Virus record (IMG/VR): IMGVR_UViG_3300042197_003251
Location: 17,018-81,017 of that record
Length of the DNA: 64,000 nt
Strand: one strand, 5' to 3'
Source of the DNA: a virus
The position numbers and the translations under genes were made by a program. The notes beneath the pieces were generated by a model. The model searched no databases. It had not been told where the DNA came from and worked only from the letters and a program-made list of their open reading frames with translations. Positions 47,953 through 59,092 of this stretch are shown one piece after another; within the stretch, counting starts at the first letter, position 1; every line of letters starts with the position of its first letter.

Positions 47953-50900
47953 TTGGCTTTAAATTTTTACATATTTTCTGCGTGTTGTAGTGGTACTTCA
48001 ACAACAAATTTTGAACTTCAAGTTCCTTCTGAATCATTTTCAGCATTTACAACAGGTAGTAGTTATTACATTTCAACTGACATATATGAAGGTTGTTCTG
48101 AATATATTTATAGTGCGGAAACTCCATCTGGTACAATTTCACAATATAATTTATTAGGTTTTACTGCGACTTCATATAGTTCTTGTACTGATTGTATAAC
48201 TTCAAATCCTTGTCCTGCTCAACCAGTTGTGACACCTTCTTTAACCTCGGCGCCGACCTCAACTCCTACTCCATCTATAACAACAACCCCAACTCTAACT
48301 AGGACTCCAACTGTAACTAAAACCCAAACTAGAACTCCAACAAAAACACCAACTCAAACTAGAACACAAACACCAACAAATACTCAAACTAACACTCCGA
48401 CAAAAACAATTACACCATCAAACACCGCAACTCAAACAAATACCCCATCAATACCACCAACTAATACCGTAACGCCATCAGTAACCGAAACCCCGACAAA
48501 TACCCCAACTAATTCTGTCACCCCAAGTATAACTCCGACAAATTCACTACAACCAACACCAATACCTACTTTTAATTATACATCATCAACTCCAACACCA
48601 ACAAGCACATTAACTCCAACTATTACACCAAGTCCGACAACTATAACATCATGCACGACTTATAGTTTTTATGTATTCACAAATTTTTCAGCAACAAGTC
48701 AATACGATGGAATATATTACAACTATGAATTAATTGATTCATCAACTTATGATGGAAAATCATTATTTTATTCACCATCAACAAATGCGGTAATATACTA
48801 TAATAGTGGTGATACAAGATGGTGTTTATCTGATTTACCAGGTGGGACATGCGTTTTATTTGGTTCAACCGAAAATTCATCATATTGTCCAGATTTGAAT
48901 AGTTCTTTTTTCTCTTCAAATCCACCAACTCCAAGCCCTTCAACTCAAATTTGTGATAGTTTTGATTTTAGCGCACTTTTTGATTGTACAATTAACCCTT
49001 CACCAACTCCGACTCCATCAGTTACTGTAACCCCATCAATAACCCCAACTTCAACCGTAACTCCAACAAATTATTGTTATGGAAAAGCAATTGATGTATC
49101 AGGGACTAGTTTCTTTTACACTTTAATAACACCAACACCATCTCCAACAACACCAAATAATAACAGAAATTGTGTAATCTCATCAACAACTGAATTTAAT
49201 ATTTTTGAAAAAAGTTTTGCAAGTTCGTATTCAAGACAACTTACAGATTGTTCAAATTCACTTACATATATAATATCAGAAGCCCTTCCGTTTGGGACAG
49301 GTGCAACATTCCAAGCAACAATTGACAATATTAGTGTCTGCGTAAATTATAGTTCAGATATCGCAGAAAACGCAATTAATATTCTTAATAGTATTGATAG
49401 TGGGGATTTATTTGAGTGTAGATTTTGTTCCCCAGTATTAAGTTTAACTCCGACTCAAACAAGTACAATTACTCCTACCATAACTCCAACAAAATCATTA
49501 ACCCCATCTAATACTTCTTGTCAACAATTTAATAAAGATTACCGATTTATTGTTGGGACTGGTTTATCAAGTAACTCATCAATATATCAAATACTTAAAT
49601 TATCTGCGGATAGTTACATTATCATTGGTGACTTTACATCTTATAATTCTTCATCGGCTAGAGGTATTGTTAAAATATCTTCAGTTACAGGTATAAAAGA
49701 TGATACATTTAATAGTGCCTCAGGATTTACCGCTGTTTCACCAACACTATTCGCTCCAAGCGAAGTAATAGAACAACCTAATGGTAAGTTAGTTTGTACA
49801 GGGTTCTTTAATGCGTATAGTGGAGTTCCTGTTAGTTATATTTGTAGATTAAATTCTAATGGAACACTTGATTCATCGGCATTTAACACTGGAACAAGTT
49901 TCAATAACTTTGTGTTTTCATTAGGCGAACAATCAGACGGAAAAATAATTGTTGGGGGTAACTTTACTGATTACGATGGAAATTCGGTTAATAGAATTTG
50001 TAGGCTTGATGTTGATGGTAACATTGATTTAACATTTAATTCAGGAGGGACTGGTTTTGATAATGTTGTATTTACAATAAATGTATTACCTGACGACTCA
50101 ATTATTGTTGGTGGTGATTTTACACTTTATAATGGAAATACATATAATAGATTAATTAAATTAAATTCAGATGGTTCAATTGATTGGACATTTGGAAGCA
50201 ATGTAGGTTTTGATAATCAAGTATTAACTACTTTTGTATCATCTGTTGGTGAAATATATATTTCCGGAATATTCACATCATTTGCGGGAAATCCTGTCCC
50301 AAATGGTTTGGTTAAATTGACTTCAGGTGGAAGTGTTGACAATCAATTTAATTTTAACTTTGGTACTCAAGGTTTATCTTCAGGATATCTAAAATCAATA
50401 ACTGAAGATTTAAATGGGGATATTTTATTATTCCCTCCATCAGGCTCTACTTTAAATGGTTGGGATTTTGGTGGTATAGTTAAAGTCTCATCAAGTGGTT
50501 TTGTAAATGGTCAAATTCAGGCTTATCCTGGATTTAATGGAACTATAACTAGTTCAATTGTTGATACTAATAATAAAATAGTTTGTGTTGGTGATTTTAG
50601 TTCATTTAATGGAATAACATCAAATGGAATTATTAGATTATTCCCATGTATAAATTCAAACGTAACTCCAACACCAACTCCAACACCATTAATTTGTCCT
50701 TACGTTATAAACACAATCATTGAAACATATCAACCCTTCTCAACTTTGGATGACGTTAATAATAGATTTACTTATGTATCATTTACAGATACCACAAATA
50801 TTTTTGTATATGACTCTAATTTAGTATTATCAAATGTTATTAACACATCTGATTATAATTCGTTTATGTTGTTCAATTATAATCATAATTTAATGTATTT

Positions 50901-52689
50901 TACTCAAACAAGTTTGGATACAATTTTAGGTTATGATTCAGTTAATCAGAATTTATTATACACTATTTCATTAACTCCAGGTAGTAATCCATCTTCATTA
51001 GCGTATGATAGTAGTTTAAATCAGATATTTAGTGTTAATACAGGAAATAATAGTATTTCAGTTATTGATTATGAGCTCGGATATTATACTGATGTTAGTA
51101 TAACTGGTTCTTGTGTTAATGGAAGAATTGCGGTTGATAATAATTCTACATCGTATGTTACTGACGCTAGTGGAGTATATACTGATGTTTATATAATTGA
51201 CGCATATTCAAACGTAACTTACTTGTCCGCAGGAACTGGAAACAATGTTGATGTTTTATACAACCCTATAGATAATTTAATATACGTGTTAGACGCGAAT
51301 GCAATACAACTAATAAGAATTAATTGTTCTACTTTAAGTGTTTTAGATACATACACTTTAAGTGCGTCTTCAGTAATATCTATGACTTACGATAACTTCC
51401 TTAATAAAATTTACATAAACTCTAATGATTCAACTGAACTTATTATATTCAATTGTTATATAAATGATGTAGTTACTACTGTAGGTAATATTAATATGGT
51501 TAGCGGTACAACTTCACAGATAAACTTTGAAAAATATAATGGATATATTTGGTATTTAAATTCATCAACGAAGGATATTAAACTACTATGTACTGACCAC
51601 ACCCCTATACCAACTCCAACAAATACCCCTACACCGACTTTAACTCCAACATCAACTAAAACACCTACACCAACTCTTACACAAACTCCAACTGTTACAC
51701 CAACTTTAACTAATACTCCAACACCTTCAACCACACCTATTCCTCCTTTAAACTTGATTAATACTTTTTCAACATCAATATCAACTTTTGATTCGGTAGC
51801 AAATTCAAATCAAATATTTGCATTTGGTCAAACTGGCTCAACCGCAACAACATTTGTTTATAGTGCGAGTTCACCATATTCGGCAATAACAAACTTTAGT
51901 GGAATTACTGGAAGCAGTTCGGTTACCGCTTCAATTACAAATACTCATATTTACAAAGCACCACACGGTAGTTCATTTATAGAAGTTATTGATATTTTAA
52001 CTTATACGTCAACAACATTAAATATTTCTGGTTTTTCAGGAAATAATGACAGCAATAAATCATCATATGATTCATCAACTGGAAAAGTTGCAATTTTACC
52101 ACTAGTTGGAAGTTCTATATTATTTATTGATGCAAATACTCAAAGTTTAAGTTCGGAAATTCCTTTATCTCCTTTGTCAGGATATAAAGGTGGTATTACC
52201 ACAGACAATAATGGTAACTTTTTTGTTGTAGGAATTGAAGGTAAACTTGTAATACTTAACTCAAGCGCTGAAACAGTTGTTAGTACAACTAATATAAGTG
52301 GAATAACGGAATATCAAACAGTAACATATGATTCAGTTAATGATAGACTATACATTTATTCTGCACCTAATAATGTGTATGTTTATAATTATTCATCAGG
52401 TACGGTTACTTATAATACATCAATTGATGTTTCGTCTTATAGTGCAAACAGTCAATCACAACAAGCATCAATTGTTTATAATCCTGACAATCAAATGGTT
52501 TATTTGGCAGTTGTAGATTTGTCGTATAATTTAATAATTGTTAAAATTAATACAAGTACAAATACTGTAGTTACTTCCAAAAATGATTATGGATTTACAT
52601 TAGGTTCGTCTGTTGTATTAAAATATAATTCAAATATTGGACTTATTCTTACAGTTGGAACTTCTTCGTTCTATTTGTTACAACCATAA
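47953..52689 (+). CDS. Large modular adhesin/tail-fibre-like protein (Pro/Thr linkers, delta-60 repeats, beta-propellers)
   Basis: TPT repeats; QSDGKIIVGGNFT...RL..DG.ID.TFN repeats; YDxxNxxIY propeller-type repeats. Confidence 0.85.
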   Translation: MALNFYIFSACCSGTSTTNFELQVPSESFSAFTTGSSYYISTDIYEGCSEYIYSAETPSGTISQYNLLGFTATSYSSCTDCITSNPCPAQPVVTPSLTSAPTSTPTPSITTTPTLTRTPTVTKTQTRTPTKTPTQTRTQTPTNTQTNTPTKTITPSNTATQTNTPSIPPTNTVTPSVTETPTNTPTNSVTPSITPTNSLQPTPIPTFNYTSSTPTPTSTLTPTITPSPTTITSCTTYSFYVFTNFSATSQYDGIYYNYELIDSSTYDGKSLFYSPSTNAVIYYNSGDTRWCLSDLPGGTCVLFGSTENSSYCPDLNSSFFSSNPPTPSPSTQICDSFDFSALFDCTINPSPTPTPSVTVTPSITPTSTVTPTNYCYGKAIDVSGTSFFYTLITPTPSPTTPNNNRNCVISSTTEFNIFEKSFASSYSRQLTDCSNSLTYIISEALPFGTGATFQATIDNISVCVNYSSDIAENAINILNSIDSGDLFECRFCSPVLSLTPTQTSTITPTITPTKSLTPSNTSCQQFNKDYRFIVGTGLSSNSSIYQILKLSADSYIIIGDFTSYNSSSARGIVKISSVTGIKDDTFNSASGFTAVSPTLFAPSEVIEQPNGKLVCTGFFNAYSGVPVSYICRLNSNGTLDSSAFNTGTSFNNFVFSLGEQSDGKIIVGGNFTDYDGNSVNRICRLDVDGNIDLTFNSGGTGFDNVVFTINVLPDDSIIVGGDFTLYNGNTYNRLIKLNSDGSIDWTFGSNVGFDNQVLTTFVSSVGEIYISGIFTSFAGNPVPNGLVKLTSGGSVDNQFNFNFGTQGLSSGYLKSITEDLNGDILLFPPSGSTLNGWDFGGIVKVSSSGFVNGQIQAYPGFNGTITSSIVDTNNKIVCVGDFSSFNGITSNGIIRLFPCINSNVTPTPTPTPLICPYVINTIIETYQPFSTLDDVNNRFTYVSFTDTTNIFVYDSNLVLSNVINTSDYNSFMLFNYNHNLMYFTQTSLDTILGYDSVNQNLLYTISLTPGSNPSSLAYDSSLNQIFSVNTGNNSISVIDYELGYYTDVSITGSCVNGRIAVDNNSTSYVTDASGVYTDVYIIDAYSNVTYLSAGTGNNVDVLYNPIDNLIYVLDANAIQLIRINCSTLSVLDTYTLSASSVISMTYDNFLNKIYINSNDSTELIIFNCYINDVVTTVGNINMVSGTTSQINFEKYNGYIWYLNSSTKDIKLLCTDHTPIPTPTNTPTPTLTPTSTKTPTPTLTQTPTVTPTLTNTPTPSTTPIPPLNLINTFSTSISTFDSVANSNQIFAFGQTGSTATTFVYSASSPYSAITNFSGITGSSSVTASITNTHIYKAPHGSSFIEVIDILTYTSTTLNISGFSGNNDSNKSSYDSSTGKVAILPLVGSSILFIDANTQSLSSEIPLSPLSGYKGGITTDNNGNFFVVGIEGKLVILNSSAETVVSTTNISGITEYQTVTYDSVNDRLYIYSAPNNVYVYNYSSGTVTYNTSIDVSSYSANSQSQQASIVYNPDNQMVYLAVVDLSYNLIIVKINTSTNTVVTSKNDYGFTLGSSVVLKYNSNIGLILTVGTSSFYLLQP

Positions 52690-52690
52690 C

Positions 52691-52720
52691 AAAAAACCCC
52701 AAAAAATTAATTTGGGGTCA
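52691..52720. terminator. Probable terminator between convergent genes
   Basis: ACCCCAAA...TTTGGGGT with flanking A run. Confidence 0.55.
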
Positions 52721-52745
52721 GATAAAAAACAAAAAAATTAACCGA

Positions 52746-53336
52746 TTATTTGCTATTAAGATAACTTAATACAACGGCATAAGAGTCGGACATATCAAAA
52801 TTTTCTTTCTTTAAAGTATTGTTTCTTGTATATAACCACTGAATTTGTGGTTCCCTTTTTGCAACAAGTTCCCAAACAATCTGTTTTTTATCACAATCTT
52901 TTGGGTAACCTCCAAACAAAACAAATTTACCTTTTTCATTCTTTTGCACAAGTTCAGGAAATGCTTTTTTTCTTGACTCATATGTTGACACATATTCAGG
53001 AACAATTCCAAGAACATCATAAACTTCTTTGCTAATTAAAGTATTATATCTTAATAGAGTTCCTATTGTATAAGCGTTATTTGAATTGAGCAATGGCTCT
53101 TCAATTATACATTTTATAATTCCAAGTCCTTTATATTCTTCAAGTTTTTTCCTGAAGGTTGTTGATTTTGTAAATAACTCTTCCATTTTATTATCAGGTA
53201 CAGGTTTTGGTCTCGGTGAAATGTGAGTTAGTTCAAGTAAGTCCCGTGAGGACATATCAAAAAGTGCCCAACCAATTGTTTTTGTTGACACATCAAGTCC
53301 CAAAATTTTGGGCGAATTTTTAATGCTTTTTGCCAT
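52746..53336 (-). CDS. RuvC-like Holliday junction resolvase
   Basis: LGLDVSTKTIGWA, IIEEP, DMSDSYAV. Confidence 0.85.
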   Translation of the reverse strand: MAKSIKNSPKILGLDVSTKTIGWALFDMSSRDLLELTHISPRPKPVPDNKMEELFTKSTTFRKKLEEYKGLGIIKCIIEEPLLNSNNAYTIGTLLRYNTLISKEVYDVLGIVPEYVSTYESRKKAFPELVQKNEKGKFVLFGGYPKDCDKKQIVWELVAKREPQIQWLYTRNNTLKKENFDMSDSYAVVLSYLNSK

Positions 53337-53375
53337 AAGTTAAAAGAATATTAATAAATAAGATTTTTTTGTAAA

Positions 53376-55574
53376 TTAAAAATCAAGTTTAACTACGGTT
53401 TGTTGGGTACCTTGTCTTATTTGGGGATATTGAAATTTGGAATACACAATCAAGTCCTTATCATCGTCATATAATCCAATTTCAGTCATATAAGTCGTTT
53501 GGCCTTCAGTCCAAGTCGGATTTGATGATTTAACAAACTGATTACCAGGCAAATTTATAAGATATCTCATTTCATAGATTGTTGCTTCAATATCTGTATT
53601 TATTGTTCCATAGAAAAAATATTCTTCTCCAAATTGAATTCTACCTGTACTATTTAATGTTGGAATTTGTAAATAAGTATTAATGTTGTATGTAGAAGCC
53701 GCATCATAAAGTGCTTTTGTTATTTTAAATGTATTAGACAAGAAATTTGATGGCACTATAAATCCGCTGGCATTTAATGTCAGTTGTGAGTTAAAATTAA
53801 TTATTTTCCAATTATTTGGTGTAGGTCTTGTTCCAACTGCTGTTTTTTGAGCGATTACATAAAACTTTTTTGCAACCCATCCTGTGGGAAAAGAACCACT
53901 TGTTCCCGCAACCATACAATTTAAATCACCCCCAAATGAAACTATTACATCCTGTTCGTCTGTTGTGCAACCAGAAACTGGTCCAATCTCTTTGGTGTAG
54001 TAATTACAATGCATTCCGTCCCAAACTCCATCACTATCAAAAAGATAAGTTACCCAAACACATTCTGTGTCATCAGCAAGTAACCCGTCTACAGTTAGAG
54101 TTTTTGTTGACGTTAATCTTGGTGCTGGTAAAGTGAAGTTTCGGTTTGAAACCATTGACATTGCGGCAATTATTTCTTCATCATCAAATACAATAATTTT
54201 ATCGTCAGGAAATACTTTTCCAACTCTGTTTGGTCTTCCTCCGTCATTTGCATTTGCGTTTGTATCATACAAATGATAATATCTTATTCCCGGATTATTC
54301 ATATCCGTATTTTTTGTTGACTGAATATAATAAGGTGTCAACAAATCAAGACCATCAAAATTTGGTGGGTCAATATAAAATTTCGCTCCACCACAACAAT
54401 TGCTATTTTTATGCCACATTAATGATGGAATGTTAACAACAAAATTTCTTGCTTGTCCTGTTCCACCTGGGTCAGTTGAGTCATATGCTTCAGTTGCAAA
54501 TTTTTCACCATAAAAATTAATAATTGTATTGTTTGTATAATGAACAATTGCAATTGCCTTTTGGTCTTCTGGTGCAACATTTATTTTATCACCAAAAGAA
54601 TTATAATAATATGTGCTTGATGTGTCAGTTTGTCCTGATGATGTTGAATAACCATAATATTCTTTTGTGCCCAAATAATTAACCGATGGGAAGGCTTCAA
54701 ATGTGTAGTTTGTTGATTGTGTTCCTGCGGGACTTTCCGACCAAGGAATATTCATATTCCATATCTTAACAATTCCATCTTCAGGCGTACAAATTGATTC
54801 AAAGTTTATTACACTTGATGCCCAATAATTTATTGGTGTTGGAAAATCATAATAACTAAAAGATGAAGGATAAAAAAACAATCTACCGTTTGCGGTCGGA
54901 CTAAATCCGTCTAATTTTGGTAAATATCTATCTACAGTTAGTGTTGTTCCGGTATAATTTTGTACTTTATAAGTTAGGATTGGTCTACAAGAATTCATAC
55001 ATGCACATAAAAAACTATCTGTAGCATTTTGCATAAAACTTGTAACATATGTATTTGCGGAAATAGTTCCGTTTGAATTATCAGTACAGGTTGTTGTGGT
55101 TGTCGCCAAAGTTGTTTTTGTAACACTATTTAATGTGCTTAAAGTAAAAACCCTTGACGAGTTATAAGTATAACCATTTGTTGGAATTGGAACCATATCT
55201 GCCGGAGTATAAATGGTACAACCTGTTGACGCTGAAAAAAATCCTGATGGTGCTGCCGTATTATAAACACTATCAATTGATGAAGCTTGAAATGGAATTC
55301 CATAAGTTACTCCACTTGAGCCTTGTAAATAATATGGGTATTTAACAGCATTTTTATTTGAAGCTGGAACTCCTGTATTATTTTGAGCGTTATACGAAGG
55401 TTCAATGACCATTGAGTTTGCAGCATCAAAGTTTGTAACTGCGGTATAGTTAACTTCACTATCACCAATTTGAAAATAACTTATGTTGAAATTTCCTTGC
55501 GAAATTTTTCTTCTTCCGACATCCGTTAATCTAGATATTATAAAACCTTGTGTATTTTTAATTACGTAACCCAT
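53376..55574 (-). CDS. Virion structural protein (baseplate/tail-associated)
   Basis: N-terminal LTDVGRRKI...YFQIGDSEVNY and C-terminal YMTEIGLYD..KDLI..SK, as in phage tail/baseplate proteins. Confidence 0.65.
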   Translation of the reverse strand: MGYVIKNTQGFIISRLTDVGRRKISQGNFNISYFQIGDSEVNYTAVTNFDAANSMVIEPSYNAQNNTGVPASNKNAVKYPYYLQGSSGVTYGIPFQASSIDSVYNTAAPSGFFSASTGCTIYTPADMVPIPTNGYTYNSSRVFTLSTLNSVTKTTLATTTTTCTDNSNGTISANTYVTSFMQNATDSFLCACMNSCRPILTYKVQNYTGTTLTVDRYLPKLDGFSPTANGRLFFYPSSFSYYDFPTPINYWASSVINFESICTPEDGIVKIWNMNIPWSESPAGTQSTNYTFEAFPSVNYLGTKEYYGYSTSSGQTDTSSTYYYNSFGDKINVAPEDQKAIAIVHYTNNTIINFYGEKFATEAYDSTDPGGTGQARNFVVNIPSLMWHKNSNCCGGAKFYIDPPNFDGLDLLTPYYIQSTKNTDMNNPGIRYYHLYDTNANANDGGRPNRVGKVFPDDKIIVFDDEEIIAAMSMVSNRNFTLPAPRLTSTKTLTVDGLLADDTECVWVTYLFDSDGVWDGMHCNYYTKEIGPVSGCTTDEQDVIVSFGGDLNCMVAGTSGSFPTGWVAKKFYVIAQKTAVGTRPTPNNWKIINFNSQLTLNASGFIVPSNFLSNTFKITKALYDAASTYNINTYLQIPTLNSTGRIQFGEEYFFYGTINTDIEATIYEMRYLINLPGNQFVKSSNPTWTEGQTTYMTEIGLYDDDKDLIVYSKFQYPQIRQGTQQTVVKLDF

Positions 55575-55610
55575 TTTTATCTATAAATAGTTTGTTTGTT
55601 TTTTTTGTTT

Positions 55611-58600
55611 TTATCCTGTGGCTGTATTACAAGGAGTTGGTTGATATCCAATATTATTAATTATTCTTGTACTTTGGAATGTTTCAGGAGGATATAAAGT
55701 ATTTCCTATCATTTTTAAACTTGCGGTATATTCGTCTTGAGGTGTGGGTAAAATATCTGTTAAGTAGTTAGTTCCATTCTGAAAATAATATTGAATGTCT
55801 AATGGAGCATTTGGAGGTTCAGGACAATTAATTGAATTAACGGTATGTAGTTTTATTTCAATTTGGAAGGCTAATCCCCAAGTATTACAATTATCTAAAA
55901 CTGAAGATAGAACTGAATAATCAGAATAATTAACTCGTATTTTACCATCGGTAGCAATTGAATCAAAAGTTATAGGTGAGGTTTGGCTTCCAAAAGTAAA
56001 AGTCCTTTCAACCACTAATGTACCATTAAGGGATAAAAGATAAGGGTATGCATTCATAGACCAGTTAATTGTTGCAGTATTTGTTGCCGGATTATTACAA
56101 AAAGTAGAAGTGCCGTTTGTATTATAAGTTGTATCTTTAAGAAAATTTGGCGGATACGTATTTGATGGTGAATATTGGTCAATAACATATACCAAACTTT
56201 GGTCATATAAATCTATCCATTCTTGACAAGTAGTTCCATTATACAAATCTCTCGCTGGACAATTATCTAAGGTCGGAAGAGTTGTAAAATTAATAAAATT
56301 AGTATTAGTAGTTGCTGCATAACTGCTACCATAAGGTGGAGGGTAAGAATTTCTAAATCCGCTAGCAGAACATGTTTTCCCAACATTTACCGCAAATTGA
56401 GTGTAATACCCTGTAACATCGCCAAAATTGGGAATAAAATTATTCAAATTAGTATTAACAGGATTAATACTATTTTGAGGATACGTGTCCGGTTGGAAAT
56501 AATCCTGTCCATTGTAAGTCATTAACCAACTACTATTGTCAGATGCAGCATATGGCATCCAAGTTTTAATTGGTCTTTGTATATTATCAGGTCCTGAATC
56601 AGTAATTAAACTGGTAACCTTATCCCAATTATTCATTCCTAAATAATAACCATCCCCATAATTAAGCGCCACGTACCCATCCCCTTGAATTCCTGGCCCA
56701 AAAGCTCTTTGCGTTAATAATTTAACCTCTATATACCCAGTAAGAGTACCAAGTGCTGAAGGATATTCAACATAATATTCAATATCTATCGGATAATCCC
56801 AAACATGCCTATTTGTTAAACTCTTTTGATAATCACCCGAAGCCACTAAAATTTGTTTTTCATCTTCATTTATATGAGTATAAGCAACAACTTTAATTAC
56901 CGGAATTGCGGTTATTTCTTCAGAAAAATTAATTGGAAGTTGATTAGTAGTTTGGTCTGATATATAAATTATATATGACCCTCCAACTAAATTATTGATT
57001 GTAATTGTTGGCCCGTTAAATGTTTGAATTGGTGATTGAAAAGTACCATCAAGATAGATTGAAACTTCATATGGTGGTGTCCCTCCAGCAACTGAAAATG
57101 TTATTGAACCAGTTGGGGTGGTGCAAGTAGGTTGTGTTACCGTTCTTGAACCTGAAAAACTTAAAGGCGCTGGCCCGCAAGAAATATTATTTAAAGTTTG
57201 ACTTACTATTGTTGATGTTTGCCCATCTGAACTTTCAACATAAAATTCATAAGTACCAAAACCATTATTTCCTGCAACACTTGCGGAGTTTGATGGATTG
57301 GATGAGCCGTAAACAGTAATTGTTTGGGTATTACTAACACTTGAAACGACATTCCATTGTAACGCCGTACTTTGTTGTTTTCTCCAATAGAATACGTAAG
57401 GTCCTGTAGAATTTGAAGAAGTCAATGTAAATGTGACAACACCTTGTTGGTCTTCCCAATTAGGACAAATATTAGTTGAAGAAGTTGTAACTGTTAGGTT
57501 TAAACAACTATTAATAATTGTAAAAGTTCCAATTGAACTTTGAGCTCCTGAATTATCAACCGCATAAACTTGGTAACTACCAGCAGCGGTTGATGAAGAT
57601 TGAATTGTTATTGGAGAAGGAACCGGTCCTGAATATGAACCAGTAGTTCCTTTTCTATAGAAGAACGAATATCCTCCCGAACCTCCATTTGCCGTTAATT
57701 CTATTGTAGCGTCAGAGTTAGGATTATTTTGACAGATTGTGTTATCAATAGCGTTTATAAATAAATTAACAGGACAAGAATTTTGAGACAAAGATATATT
57801 TGAAGCGCTCAAGTTTGTTAAATATCCTACCCCTCTACTCCAAGTAAAATTTTGTGGAAGAGCGGTTAATGGAATAGTTCCTCCTGCAGTATATGATGAA
57901 GTCAAACTAAAGGAGGGATTAGAAGATGAACAACTTGATGGATTGGTCGCAAATTGAGGTGGTCCTGATGTTGTTCCAGCAACGGATGTCCATCCTACAT
58001 TATCCCCACCCCATCTTATTTGAAAACCGTTTGGATTTCCTATGATACTTGCAGAATAAGAACTTAATACATATACAGGTCTATTATTGTATTGTCCTGA
58101 TTGAACTAATGTTAAATAAAACGTATTTTGAGAACCTGTTTGATTACATAATGTCATACTCAAACAAAGAGACGATGGATAATTGACTACTTGTCCTGCA
58201 GGAACCACGCAAGTTATAGGTGTTTCATTTGGGTCAAAAGTTCCTTGAGCGGTTTCAACAAGTGTATAAGAATAACTTCCCGATGTTAAATTATTAATAG
58301 TTATTGAGCCGTCAGCGGCTAAAGTATAAATTGACGCGCCATTACTATTTAACAAAGTATATGGAGGTATTCCACCTGTAACATTTATTGTAATTGAACC
58401 ATCATCCTCAAATGATATTGACGGAGCAACTCCCGAACAGGTAACACTTGCTGGAGCTGGAGGTGCGTCCAAAGTACAAGTAATATCAACAAAAAAATTA
58501 CCTTGTGAATCGGTTACGGTTAATGAGTAATTTCCTTCAGCTAGATTTTGTCTGACAATATAAGTATTTGGTGAATTCCAAGGTATCACATCATATACGG

Positions 58601-59051
58601 TTGGGTTATCCGTCAAATGTGTTCCGGCCTCATATGCAACATATGGTGCCACTCCTCCAATTATGTATAACCCTAAAATACCATCAGCTGTTAACTCACT
58701 TGTTGGTGGGTCAACTTCGCATTCAACAACCATTGGAAAAATTGTTTTTATATAACAATCAGTTGATGTTGCAATTGTTCCCGCTCCAAATTGTGATAAA
58801 AATATTGATTGTTCACTTGGGCATGTATGACTGCTATTACAATTTGTACAATCTGTAAATTCAGTCATCATAACAAGAGTGTATGTTGGTATTGAATAAT
58901 TTAATTTTGGTATTTCAACATACTTGGCACAAAAACTTTCACCTTGTAAAGTTTCAATATAATAAGTTTCAAATTCCTGAACTGAGGCAGGAATGCCTGT
59001 CAAATAAAAGTAACTTGATGAATTACAACAATCTTGAAAACCTAATGCCAT
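55611..59051 (-). CDS. Large SprB-repeat adhesin-like virion protein
   Basis: Repeated G.I.....GG.PPY...NL..G.Y....D units; Cys-rich N-terminal domain shared with 47953. Confidence 0.78.
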   Translation of the reverse strand: MALGFQDCCNSSSYFYLTGIPASVQEFETYYIETLQGESFCAKYVEIPKLNYSIPTYTLVMMTEFTDCTNCNSSHTCPSEQSIFLSQFGAGTIATSTDCYIKTIFPMVVECEVDPPTSELTADGILGLYIIGGVAPYVAYEAGTHLTDNPTVYDVIPWNSPNTYIVRQNLAEGNYSLTVTDSQGNFFVDITCTLDAPPAPASVTCSGVAPSISFEDDGSITINVTGGIPPYTLLNSNGASIYTLAADGSITINNLTSGSYSYTLVETAQGTFDPNETPITCVVPAGQVVNYPSSLCLSMTLCNQTGSQNTFYLTLVQSGQYNNRPVYVLSSYSASIIGNPNGFQIRWGGDNVGWTSVAGTTSGPPQFATNPSSCSSSNPSFSLTSSYTAGGTIPLTALPQNFTWSRGVGYLTNLSASNISLSQNSCPVNLFINAIDNTICQNNPNSDATIELTANGGSGGYSFFYRKGTTGSYSGPVPSPITIQSSSTAAGSYQVYAVDNSGAQSSIGTFTIINSCLNLTVTTSSTNICPNWEDQQGVVTFTLTSSNSTGPYVFYWRKQQSTALQWNVVSSVSNTQTITVYGSSNPSNSASVAGNNGFGTYEFYVESSDGQTSTIVSQTLNNISCGPAPLSFSGSRTVTQPTCTTPTGSITFSVAGGTPPYEVSIYLDGTFQSPIQTFNGPTITINNLVGGSYIIYISDQTTNQLPINFSEEITAIPVIKVVAYTHINEDEKQILVASGDYQKSLTNRHVWDYPIDIEYYVEYPSALGTLTGYIEVKLLTQRAFGPGIQGDGYVALNYGDGYYLGMNNWDKVTSLITDSGPDNIQRPIKTWMPYAASDNSSWLMTYNGQDYFQPDTYPQNSINPVNTNLNNFIPNFGDVTGYYTQFAVNVGKTCSASGFRNSYPPPYGSSYAATTNTNFINFTTLPTLDNCPARDLYNGTTCQEWIDLYDQSLVYVIDQYSPSNTYPPNFLKDTTYNTNGTSTFCNNPATNTATINWSMNAYPYLLSLNGTLVVERTFTFGSQTSPITFDSIATDGKIRVNYSDYSVLSSVLDNCNTWGLAFQIEIKLHTVNSINCPEPPNAPLDIQYYFQNGTNYLTDILPTPQDEYTASLKMIGNTLYPPETFQSTRIINNIGYQPTPCNTATG

Positions 59052-59092
59052 TACCTATAAATAATACAATATTTGATTTTGTGAAGATTAAA

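Noticed and set aside
48230-48640. Periodic ACTCCAAC/ACACCAAC repeats as a CRISPR or DNA repeat array
   Set aside because: Degenerate codon repeats of Thr-Pro linkers; no constant repeat with unique spacers
52746-53336. RuvC as a TnpB/Cas12-like effector
   Set aside because: Only 196 aa, no Zn finger or REC region, no adjacent guide-like locus; fits a stand-alone resolvase
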